Shown here one piece after another: positions 53,694 through 64,000 of a DNA stretch of 64,000 nt. A program made the translations under genes and the position numbers. Under the pieces are notes generated by a model. The model saw only the letters and a program-made list of their open reading frames with translations. It ran no database searches and was not told where the DNA came from. The DNA is from Eledone cirrhosa (lineage: Eukaryota). The stretch spans positions 9,920,001 through 9,984,000 of the forward strand of contig OZ024750.1 in the NCBI GenBank assembly GCA_964016885.1, in the 5' to 3' direction. Position 1 is the first letter of the stretch; each line of letters begins with the position of its first letter.

Positions 53694-56600
53694 CTGTAAA
53701 ATAGACAAGAAATTAAAATTTAAAACAAAATGACACACACTCTTTCTCTCTCTGGAATTAAATATTAAAATCACACTATATATACATGTGTGTGTGAGTC
53801 CCAGGTTAAACGGGGGGGGGGGGGGAAACCACAGTAATGTACTCAATACATAGAAGCTATTTCTATATTAAATCATATATATATATATATATGTGTACAT
53901 ATATATATATATATGTATACATACACACACACTACTTACATCCAAAGCCTCACAAAAAGCTTAGATCTGCATCTAAATTTTTTTCTTTTCTTTTAAAGGT
54001 AAGCAGTTGCCCATACAGGCAAGACTCCTCTCTGCCTCTAAAGGCTGATAGCAACATATGTTGTTATCAGAACTCAGAAAGCTGGAACAGAAACTACAAG
54101 ATTGACACTAACAATTCCACTGACCCACTGCTTTCTTTCTAGTATTCTATCAACTCAACAAAAGGATGAAAGGCAAAGCTAAACTCAGAGTACCAACACA
54201 AATTGTAATGCATTAAACAAACAAATCCCTTCTTTCAAATTATTCATAGCAAGCTGTACAAGCTCCTGACTTATGTCAGCTAAGTGAATACATGAATACA
54301 AGTGAATACATGAATAAGAAAGAAATCACCTTAAAAAAACTTTCTACATATTGCAGCACATAGACCCCACAATCACTGTAGTTGTTCTGTTGAGGTACCT
54401 TTGGAACACCTCCTTTGATGAAATCTTTGTCAAATATTCGTTTAGGGGTCTTCTTTCTTGTGTCCCATTCAACCTGCAAATACCTGGTCAAAATAAAATG
54501 CAAACAGTCACAACAACATCAAAATTGAAAACATTGGGCAAGATTTATTACAGTAAAACAATCTGAGTGTCATATTTGGTATTTTACTGCCCCAGGGTGG
54601 TATTACACTTTAATTTTCACATCATAAAAAAAAAAAGATATAAATATACTAATATCTCCGGAAGACAAGGAGTAGAAAGTAGAATTAATAACCACAACCA
54701 TTTTATATTTAATGTCAACAATGAGAATCATTTGTCTATCGGCATCATCATCATCATACATACCAGCTCAGAAAGAACAAGACCAGTGTGTTAGCTATTA
54801 TATTATCATAACAACTAGCTATAGAAATGTCTTGAAAACCCAAAATCTTGGCTACTATAATAAATGTTGTCAAACACTACTGCAACTATAACCACTATTC
54901 AATTACTGTATCTACTCATATATAAGTCTCCTGTTTTAAATATAGCATTTGTAGGTACAGTAGATAAGTTGGTTTTTATGTTGTATTATAGATAAAAGGT
55001 ACAACATATACCTGAGTATATACAGTATATATGAAGACTGGACAATAAAATACATGCCAGATATTCAACTCCTGTATGATATGGTCCCAGATGTGTATAT
55101 AAACACATAGATTTGACTCACAACATAGGTATCTATGTTGCTAGATTTCATACACAAAACAATGGTGTCTTTCCAAAGCAATCATTTAGATTATAGTGAG
55201 TTTCTCATTCCACTTGTACTCAACCTTCTTTAGACACCTCCAAAATATTTCCATCATCCCTAGTTAGTCACACTTCTATTGGAACAAGCCCCACAACATA
55301 TAAGTGACATTCTTTCATCATCCCTAGTTAGTCACACTTCTATTGGAACAAACCCCACAAGATATAATAAGTGACATTCTTTCATCATCCCTAGTTAGTC
55401 ACACTTCTATTGAAACAAACCCCACAACATATAATAAGTGACATACTTACTCTCGCAGTGTTTTGACCACATTTGTCCGAGATGGTCCAGCCAGTGAATC
55501 AAATATCAAAATACATGGCCTACAATGGAAAATTTGTTTCCACATTATTTTATTGTAGATATAATTGACTGTAATAGTTTTACATATAGGGTGGTAATTT
55601 CATTTTATTTCTATATACATTCTTTCATACTAGCATGACTGGAATAAGATAAAATATTGTTTTAGCTGTTGACTCCATTTGTCTTTTATACTGTCTAGTC
55701 AAAGATAGAAGAAAGAAAGGCAGCACTCATTAACCTTTTTCCAGCATTCTAAGACTAGGGGCAAGGATAGATGTCCTCAAACAAGAGACATGGCTCAAAT
55801 GTTTGCAATACAATGAATGCCACCAAACCCACTCAAGATCCATGTGGTGGTGTTAAATCAGAATGCAAAAAACTGGAACAATTATCACTTTCAGTCATTT
55901 TTGTCCTTTTCCCAGTCTTTGGGTTCTACTGCAGCTCTCTTAATTCCCTTATAATATAACTATTATGTGTGCACACTGAACATCAAGATGCTGTTTCACA
56001 ACTGCAAGCTTGTTGTCTCATTGAGTGAGTGGGTCACAGGCAGAGACCACTGAAATAACAGCTGCAACTTCGATTTTACTCACTGTCATTGTTATATATA
56101 TATATACACATGCACACACACACACACTAACAAATAGTGGTTTCTTTCTAAGTAAGAATGTAGCCAGATTACTTACTGTTTAAATCCATACATCTCTGTA
56201 TAGGAATCTTTGCGTATATCACTGAGTTTTAAGGGAAGCTGCAACAAAAATAGTGAAATAGTTTTAACATGTCAAAGACAAAAATACAATAGACTAAAAT
56301 TACCATTTTTTTTTTCATATACACTTTTCTCAGTCCATCTCACCAAAGAACAGAAGCTAAATATATCTAAGAAATTTCTATGCAACGACATATCTCTCTA
56401 ATCCATTATAACTCAAAGTTTCCATGCTTTTCATATACCAGTCTTGTATAACAATTAATTACTACTTCATTAATTAATTGAAATAGAATATTTCAATAGA
56501 AATATAATTTACAAAAGAGTTAATTGGTACAGATAGTTTTTTCCCCATTCCTAACACTGTGGTGAGACCTGTGTTTAAGTAGAGTTTACTGGCTATTTTA

Positions 56601-59068
56601 TATGACTTGGCTAGAACTTTCATTAGCTTTACTAACTAATAGTTTTACACACACACAGGCACACAAATATTCTAAATGAATTCATCTCAGTTTCTCTCCA
56701 AAAACCTTACTTTATTTGTTTCATCTGATGTGCCGTCTGCATGAGTATTCAGTTTCTGTAAAGTGCTGCTGTCCTGGCTGGAAAGGAATAAATAGCGGAC
56801 GGTTTGAGGATGCTCCATCCCAGGGAAACAGATGATGGCCAAGAACCAATGAGCACTAATAAAAGACAAAACAAACATCAGTAGGATTTATCAAAAATTT
56901 ATCAAACATTGCATAAATTCAATATTTATAATTCCTATTGATTAAGCACATGTATTTTATTTCAAATATCTCACTGTCCCAAAACATTAAAACCATTCGT
57001 GACTGTCACAAACTCTATAAGGGAAGGCCATCATTATAATTTAATGTCTATTTTCTATGTTTGTATAGTTTAGGCAGACTGTCACCTTATTAGGCTAGGT
57101 TATCTCACATCTCTACAGCTGGATGCCCTTTTTAACACTAAACATACTGGGTACTACACTGTCATACCAACACTGGAAAGTCCTCTCAGCTTTACACTGG
57201 CTCTGCATAGTAATAGACAAACCCTTTATAGTGTGTACTGGGTGAATTATAAGATGACAGCAGTATTAGTGAGATTTCTTTGTCCTCTGCAAAGCTAGAG
57301 AGTCCTTATTAATCTATGGTGACTCCATTGATAGCTCCTTTAATATCTCTGTTATATCTGTCTGAAATATAAGACTATGTTAACATATAAAACAAGACAG
57401 CTACTTACTTCTCATTAATTGGTACAATAATAAAGTCCTTTTGGAAGATATCAACATGTCGTGTCCAGGTTTTTACTTGTGCGTGCCTTTTAATCATTGG
57501 CCTAATTAATATCAAGAACAGAATAATTCAAATGTTAACAAACTGTTTAATTTGAATAAGTGGTTAAATGACATGAATTACAGCTAAGAAATTTCATAAG
57601 TACTTCCTTAATAAGAATAATGAATATAGCTAAATTAGTTAACCAAAATATAATACTGATACATCTGAATGGTACCCCTCACATCAAACACAGTTAAGTG
57701 TCAGTGTGTGAAAGTATGTATGTGACTGTAAGGCCGTGGGTTCAATTCCCAGAGCAGGTGGTATGTTGTCCTTGAGGAAGGCAATTTATTTCATGCTGCT
57801 CTAATCAATTCAACTGAAAAATAAATACCAGCAGCAGATGGAGGTTAACATTGTGACAGACTAGTCTCCTGTCTTCTACTCTCAGTTAACCTCTCGTGAA
57901 AGTGAGATAAACTCTGTTCTGATGAGCCTCTATGTCACAGACAGTGTTATGTTGAATGTTCATCAGTGCCAACCTGAGTGTTCCAGTTGTTTGATCAACA
58001 GAGGTGACAGAGCATTTCACAGACATGTGTACTCAATATAATTCTCAGGGAAATTCAATGTGTCACTGCATGACAAAGCTACAACTCATTTTTTCTAGCT
58101 GAGTGGACTGGATCAATGAAAGTGTCTTGTTCAAGAACATAATACACAGCCAGGAATTGAATTCATGACCTTATGATCCAGAGCCAAACACACCCCTAAC
58201 CACTAAGTCCCCTTTACATACATGTGTGTATGTAGCCATACAATAAATAGCACTACATAATGACAAAATAACCTGTAACTACATTAATTCAAATCATATT
58301 TTATATCATTAATAAGAGAAATAGTAACAGCCAAGATCAAGAGCAGTAAAATCCTACAATAAGATCAAAAGGTAAAAACCCTAAACACTTACGAGCAATA
58401 AGGGTCCTGATCAGTGCTGTAGGAATGCCTGTTCAATCGTTGTGTGAGCCGTTTATAAAAGAAAGAACTAAACACATGAGTACGTTCTCGATTAGTCTCT
58501 GTTAATTTCTCCAATACCAGATACCTTAAAGAGAAATGGGGGAAATAATAGTTTAAAATATTCCTCACAACCTTTACAGCTTTCATTTTCAAACCTCAGA
58601 ACAACTCTTCAACTACCAGTACTGATCCGTACTTATATAAACCATGGATTTAAGAAACTTTACTGATCATCTCACTGAGGTAGTAACTGAGCCCGAACAG
58701 TGCTCAACTGATCAAATATGCTCGATATAAATAAATTCCTTATAGCGCTATAGTAGTACCGTAACGTAAAATCGATCTGAGTAATCGATCATCGATCACA
58801 AATTATCGATTTCAGTTAAGTTATGCGAGACACAAGTCAATCATCAGAGGAAATTGCTAATTATATAATTTGAAATAAAATATACAGTTGCAATATAGTA
58901 TATAATACAATATACCTATCTCTGGAGGGACATTCTACGAACTAACTCCAAGCTGAAATAGCGCTATAAGGAATTTTATTGTTGAATATTTTAGTAAATA
59001 TTTTTCATTGAAATATGTGCTTTGTATATATTCAATATATTGTGTATCTCCAGGTATATATGGTCCTT

Positions 59069-59101
<33 letters not shown>

Positions 59102-59213
59102 ATCTTTTAATCTGAATTATTATAGCTTTGGACAAAGCCTATTGAGCTTTTTTTATTGAGAAGCACAAATATCAAGCATATTTGATATGTTTTGATACTT
59201 TAAATTTGTGTGC

Positions 59214-59268
<55 letters not shown>

Positions 59269-62200
59269 TATGAGATAGAGATGGTGAGGATGAAAAAGCA
59301 ATGTGTAAAACTATGGTATGCAGTTCTAGCAACAGCAATGTATCGCAAGATATAAACTTGTGGGGTGGAGTGTAAACTTACTTGAGGAAGAAATCAATGA
59401 TAACATCATTTAGAAACTCTCCTTCATTTAAACAAAAGAAGTCTTCATTGGTAATGGTGATTCCTCCTTTTGCAGGTGGTGGTGGGTAAGTGATCAAACT
59501 GAAATAATAAAAACAAAAACACTGAAGCAGAAAACAAAACAAGAAATTTTCTTCCTAAATATTTCCATGAAAAGGATTCTAATAGTGTTTAAAGTCTAAA
59601 GTACAATTTTTCTTATGTTATGGTTAAATTAACTTTCCCCTTGCACAAAATTATTGGCCTTATGCCTAAATCAGAAACTATTATTATTATCATCTTATAT
59701 CCAGAAAATGAAAAAAAAAAAGACAGAATTACTTCAAATATATTTACTTTTCTACAAGTCCAGAGAAGTAACACACAGAGTTGATTTAATCGACTTTCCC
59801 CTCCCACAAAATTGTTGGCCTTATGCCTAAATCACTATAATTAGCAACTTATTTCCAGAAAATAATAGGAAAAAAAAAAAGAATTGTTTCAAATATATTT
59901 ACTTTTCTACAGGTTCAGAGAAGCCCATGTTAATTGGAGGAGATGCATCTGGATATAATGATGGACCAGCTTCAAAGGAAGGATAAGGATTCTCAGAATC
60001 AAGTGAAGAGAAAGTTAACGGCTGAGACATATCAGGGCAACACTCGGCCAGCTTTTGATTAGCTTCTCCAAGAGTCATTGCCCGAAAGATTTCTGGTTCT
60101 TGACTATTTCTATTTTGTGATTGAATCTTTTGAAATTTTTGAAAGATCTCAAGTAATGGCTTCTTCAACAACATAAGTTTACTACTGGGTTGTAGTAACA
60201 TGACAATATAACGATGAGTAGCATCTGAAATTAGATACAGATATTATATAGACAATATATACAGAGATTATATACACACTGTTGAATATATAGAGATTGT
60301 ACACACTGTTGAATATATAGACAATATATACAGAGATTGTACACACTGTTGAATATATAGAAACAATACATACAGAGATTATATACACACTGTTGAATAT
60401 ATAGAAACAATATATACAGAGATTATATACACTGTTGAATATAGACAATATATACAGAGATTATATACACACTGTTGAATATAGACACAATATATACAGA
60501 GATTATATATACACTGTTGAATATAGACAATATATGCAGAGATTATATACACACTGTTGAATATAGACACAATATATATACAGAGATTGTACACACACTG
60601 TTGAATATAGACACACTATATATACAGAGATTATATGCACACTGTTGAATACAGACACAATATATGCAGAAATTGTGTATACAATAAATACAGAGATTTT
60701 ACGCACTGTTTAATATATACACAATTTATAGAGACAAATGTGTATTAATAGTGTTACACAAATGTATGATTGTGTGATGTGTGTGTGTGTGTGTTGTGAC
60801 TATATGAAATTTTAACAGACACTTACCAGAACTAACAGGATCATAGCGAAGCTTAGTAAATTTTATACCAAGTAAACTTTCTATTCGAACAGCACAGCTC
60901 GGGACTAAGTGTAAAATAACAACAGGACGCTGATAAACAAAATTGTATTCACATGACTTGAATTCCATAGGAAAAACTTTAAGCTCAATTGGTTTATCTT
61001 CTCCTGAAAAATAAACAGCTCCAATTAAATACCATCTTAATTAAATGAGAGAAAACAACTGAGAGAACTCTTATCATTTAACATCCATTTTTCATGCTGG
61101 CAAGGGGAAAATATACTTAATTGGAGCTACTGCTCTCATTGAGAGGCCAACATCTCATGTGTTCCAGTTGGACATAGTAACAGCAACAGGGAAATTGTCA
61201 TGTCTTTGATACAACTGACAAGTCCTTCCAACCCTTTGTTTCACATATCTACATACTACATTTGTATTAAGTATATATGTACTGCATGATAAATACAAAT
61301 ATGATAGGGTTTCATACAGTGTATTGAAAAATTTAGATCCACTGAGATTATCCAAGCAATCAGCAGATAAAAATAGGTGATTCATTCTTAAGCCTTTTTT
61401 TCATACTAATATTTTGGTAGAAATACACAAAAAAATAAATGGAAGTTTAACAAATTGGCCAGAAAAGAAACCCTGTTTGATAGTCATGTTTTCTACACTA
61501 TGAGTATCATTTTGTTGAAAGTTGTAAGGTATGCAAAATAAATAAGGTACAACTAGCATCAACTGAACAATTATCTCGTTGACGTGAAAACTGAGTGGTC
61601 CCATCAGTACTTAATCAAAGCTACTGTCCTAGAAGAGTTGGAAGACCACGTCTTGCTCTTCTACAACTGGAGACCCTTCCAAATGTCAACCACTTTACAG
61701 CATGTACTGGGTGCATTTTATCTTGGTACCATCACTAGAGACATTGTCATGTTCTTGATGTCAGTGGAGGACTCTTCTCTACCATTAAGCTATAATTTAC
61801 ATTCCTTAGATTTACATACATTTTTAAAAGATGGAAACAACTCAAATTTTACATATAATTTTCTCTTTAAATGTAGACTTACTAGTAAATTTAAATATCA
61901 TACAGTCAGAATTTAGCATCACTTCTCGTGGTGGACTAATATCCACATTACCAATCCTTAAACAACGTGTGTGGAAAAGGAGCTGATCAGGATTAACGGC
62001 AGGCTCTACGGAATCTCCATAAAGAGAGCTTTCTTCAGCATCATCCACTTCCATGTTCTGTGCACCAACTCTACTGACCACATTACCAAGCTGTAATGAG
62101 AAAAGAAAGGATATTTTAGCCAATGTGGAAACATCATTATACTATATCCAATATGTATTTATATATATTTTTATACTGTTTGTAGCTTTGTGACATTACT

Positions 62201-63941
62201 GCATTTAATCTATCTTATCTTAAGCTTTACACAGGATATACACTTACACACATAAATATACATACATACAGAACACCTTAAAAGTTTAATATAAAAATGT
62301 TTTGATTAAATGAAATTGACATTATGTCTTAAGATATACTTTTAAAAAATCCCAACAGTCTAATATAGAGAATGAGAAAATAGGAGAACTAAAGATGCAG
62401 TGACTTCACAATCATCATTTTACATCTGCTTTCCATGATTACATTTTAGACAAAAGCAGAAAATGGTTATGGAGACTGCCCTTTCCCTTCTACAAATATG
62501 CAGTTGATCAAGAGAACACAGTAGACTCACCTCATCTTCCATCCTATTGCACCTAGACCGGTTAACCATAGACGGGTTGGTAGAAATAGCAGGGAATATG
62601 GGCGAGTCAGAGCGATCATTTTCTTCAGGACTATCGGACTTCATAGAAGAATTCATGACATTACTATTGAGTGAGATCCGGGAGTTAGGGTCCAATACTT
62701 TCGTTTGGTTCTCTGAGGATTCAGCAGCAGCTGGTTCATCATCATCTGATATAGTAACTGTTTCTAAATAAAATTAACATCAACAACATATTGTTTAGTT
62801 CATTTAACTTATGAAGAGTATGTTTTATGCTAAAAAAATACAGTAATTAGAAATAATTGTTTCTACTTTTGGCACAAGGCCAGCAACTACCCAGTACATT
62901 ACTGGTACTTTATTTTATCGACCCCGTAAGGATGAAAGGCAAAGTTGACCTCGGCGGGATTTGAACTCAGAATAGAAAGAGCCGTAACTCTATGCGTCAA
63001 AGCATGGTGTCCGACTCTCTACCGATACTGCCAATCCACCGCCCATAATTAGAAATAATAAACTTAGTTCTAATTCTAAATAATGTCTTCATAAGTTTAA
63101 TGAACAATTTGTTGTTGATGTTAATTTAATATTTGTTACATCTATTTTTGACATAAAACATTCGATGAAGAAAAAATGTAAAAGAGAAATCTACCTGGAA
63201 CTGGTGGTTTTAAACTGTGAATAGTAATAGATTTCCGTCCCCGTACAGCCTGTCGAGACCTTGGACATAGTGGTTTCACAGTTGTGGCAGGGCAATTTAT
63301 ATTACTTAATGATGATAATGTAGACTTTGGAGTTTCAGTGGGGAAAGCAGGTACACGGTCTGTGAGCTTCTTAGGATAAAAGACATTTTTTTCTAAAGTC
63401 GGAAGGGAGTCAGCTTTCTTCACAGAACATGGAATTAATTTCTTTTTGGACTGTAAAAAGCTGATAGTTTTAGGAGCCTCAATTATTCGTTTTTTACACC
63501 AATCACATTTTTCATGTAATACACCATGGTTGCCACAGCCCTTGCAAACTACCATTGGAATCTCTTTCGTCTGAAACACAACATAGAAATGATTGGTCTT
63601 TAATAACAAGCCATATTAAAACAAACAAAAACAATATAAGTTTAAACCTTTAGCATTTAAACCGGCCATATCCAGCCAGAATTCTCTCAACTCTTTCAGT
63701 TGAAACCGACCATAACTGGCTGTTCATACTTATGTTTAGGTATTGTTCTCAAAATAAATATCAAAATCTTGTAGATTCGATATTATGTGTCTTTACCACT
63801 TTAAATACATGCTAAAAACACCACCAAAGAATATAAAGATCACAACAGATATACTCACCATGGACAAACTTTCATCCATTGCTACTATCTTTGGTGTAAG
63901 CACTTCTACTCGATTTGGCATAATAGAGTTAACTGATTTTA
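53547..63941 (-). CDS. SENP6: Sentrin/SUMO-specific protease SENP6/7-like (Peptidase C48), 14 exons, 5'-partial
   Basis: Exons join in frame (about 772 codons). Motifs: YPPPPAKGG loop, [41 protein letters not shown] (His), FDSL (Asp), [10 protein letters not shown] (Gln/Cys). The catalytic domain is split, as in SENP6/7. Confidence 0.93.
54330..54483 (-). CDS. SENP6: SENP6/7 exon (YLQVEW...[21 protein letters not shown], catalytic Cys)
   Basis: gaccag / gtgatt. Confidence 0.96.
55253..55443. repeat. About 66-bp tandem triplication in a SENP intron next to a donor site
   Basis: catcatccctagttagtcacacttctattggaacaaaccccacaac repeated 3 times. Confidence 0.85.
55451..55519 (-). CDS. SENP6: SENP6/7 exon ([14 protein letters not shown]..., catalytic Asp)
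   Basis: ttgtag / gtaagt. Confidence 0.94.
56177..56238 (-). CDS. SENP6: SENP6/7 insertion-loop exon ([20 protein letters not shown])
   Basis: ttgcag / gtaagt; needed to bridge phase 0 to phase 2. Confidence 0.8.
56711..56855 (-). CDS. SENP6: SENP6/7 exon ([12 protein letters not shown]..., catalytic His)
   Basis: tattag / gtaagg. Confidence 0.93.
57409..57501 (-). CDS. SENP6: SENP6/7 exon ([26 protein letters not shown])
   Basis: aattag / gtaagt. Confidence 0.95.
58393..58524 (-). CDS. SENP6: SENP6/7 exon (YLVLEKL...[11 protein letters not shown])
   Basis: tttaag / gtaagt. Confidence 0.95.
58733..58976. mobile_element. MITE with perfect 19-bp terminal inverted repeats
   Basis: AAATTCCTTATAGCGCTAT at 58733-58751 and ATAGCGCTATAAGGAATTT at 58958-58976; CpG-rich interior. 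Confidence 0.7.
59382..59498 (-). CDS. SENP6: SENP6/7 exon ([12 protein letters not shown]...[13 protein letters not shown])
   Basis: tttcag / gtaagt; hallmark Loop-1 motif. Confidence 0.96.
59903..60224 (-). CDS. SENP6: SENP6/7 exon (ATHRYIVML...FSEPVE)
   Basis: tttcag / gtaaat; phases fit. Confidence 0.85.
60235..60715. repeat. About 40-bp minisatellite, about 12 copies
   Basis: ATATACAGAGATTATATACACACTGTTGAATATAGACAAT variants. Confidence 0.88.
60827..61003 (-). CDS. SENP6: SENP6/7 exon (EDKPIEL...YDPVSS)
   Basis: tttcag / gtaagt; YDP.S motif. Confidence 0.85.
61883..62090 (-). CDS. SENP6: SENP6/7 exon (LGNVV...RCLRIG...FKFT)
   Basis: ttacag / gtaagt. Confidence 0.85.
62531..62763 (-). 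CDS. SENP6: SENP6/7 exon ([11 protein letters not shown]... SIM-like)
   Basis: atttag / gtgagt; hydrophobic core plus acidic SIM-like motif. Confidence 0.85.
62858..63045 (-). mobile_element. Full-length tRNA-derived SINE (family A) with a 14-bp TSD
   Basis: TSD TAATTAGAAATAAT at 62844-62857 and 63046-63059; A box TGGCAGTATCGG, B box GAGTTCAAATCC. Confidence 0.9.
63195..63570 (-). CDS. SENP6: SENP6/7 exon ([12 protein letters not shown]...CDWC...KPPVP)
   Basis: tttcag / gtagat; open frame; CxxC-x9-CxxC. Confidence 0.82.
63859..63941 (-). CDS. SENP6: SENP6/7 exon (KSVNSIMPN...DESLSM)
   Basis: tttcag / gtgagt on the minus strand; phase fits; low sequence conservation. Confidence 0.7.
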
Positions 63942-64000
63942 CTGAAAAATACAAATATCTTTTGATGTAGTTCAGATATTTGAAGTACAAATTAAATAGA

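Overview
Eukaryotic, AT-rich, repeat-dense genomic DNA. The SINE/LINE repertoire looks like an octopod cephalopod (inference from recalled repeat families). Two spliced genes converge tail-to-tail. (1) The 3' part of ATM lies on + (26 exons, 34-22443, 1268 codons covering FAT, PIKK kinase, PRD and FATC; the 5' end is outside the window). (2) The 3' part of a SENP6/SENP7-type SUMO protease lies on - (14 exons, 63941-53547; the 5' end is outside the window). All exons were read by hand with GT-AG borders and join in frame. Between the genes lie about 28 kb of repeats: TA microsatellites, a 19-bp minisatellite, SINE/LINE/MITE fragments and an ~18.5-kb almost pure A/T satellite with strand-asymmetric C content, nested higher-order repeats and two palindrome-bounded inversions. 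Many ATM introns carry their own minisatellite, and at least two of these derive from retroelements. I see no evidence for a new multi-gene system. The best leads are an RTE insertion whose target-site duplication copies an ATM kinase-exon splice donor, a cluster of A-to-G-restorable substitutions in conserved ATM kinase motifs (possible restorative RNA editing), a degenerate hammerhead-like hairpin, and the satellite architecture. Comparisons with human proteins are from memory, not from alignment runs.
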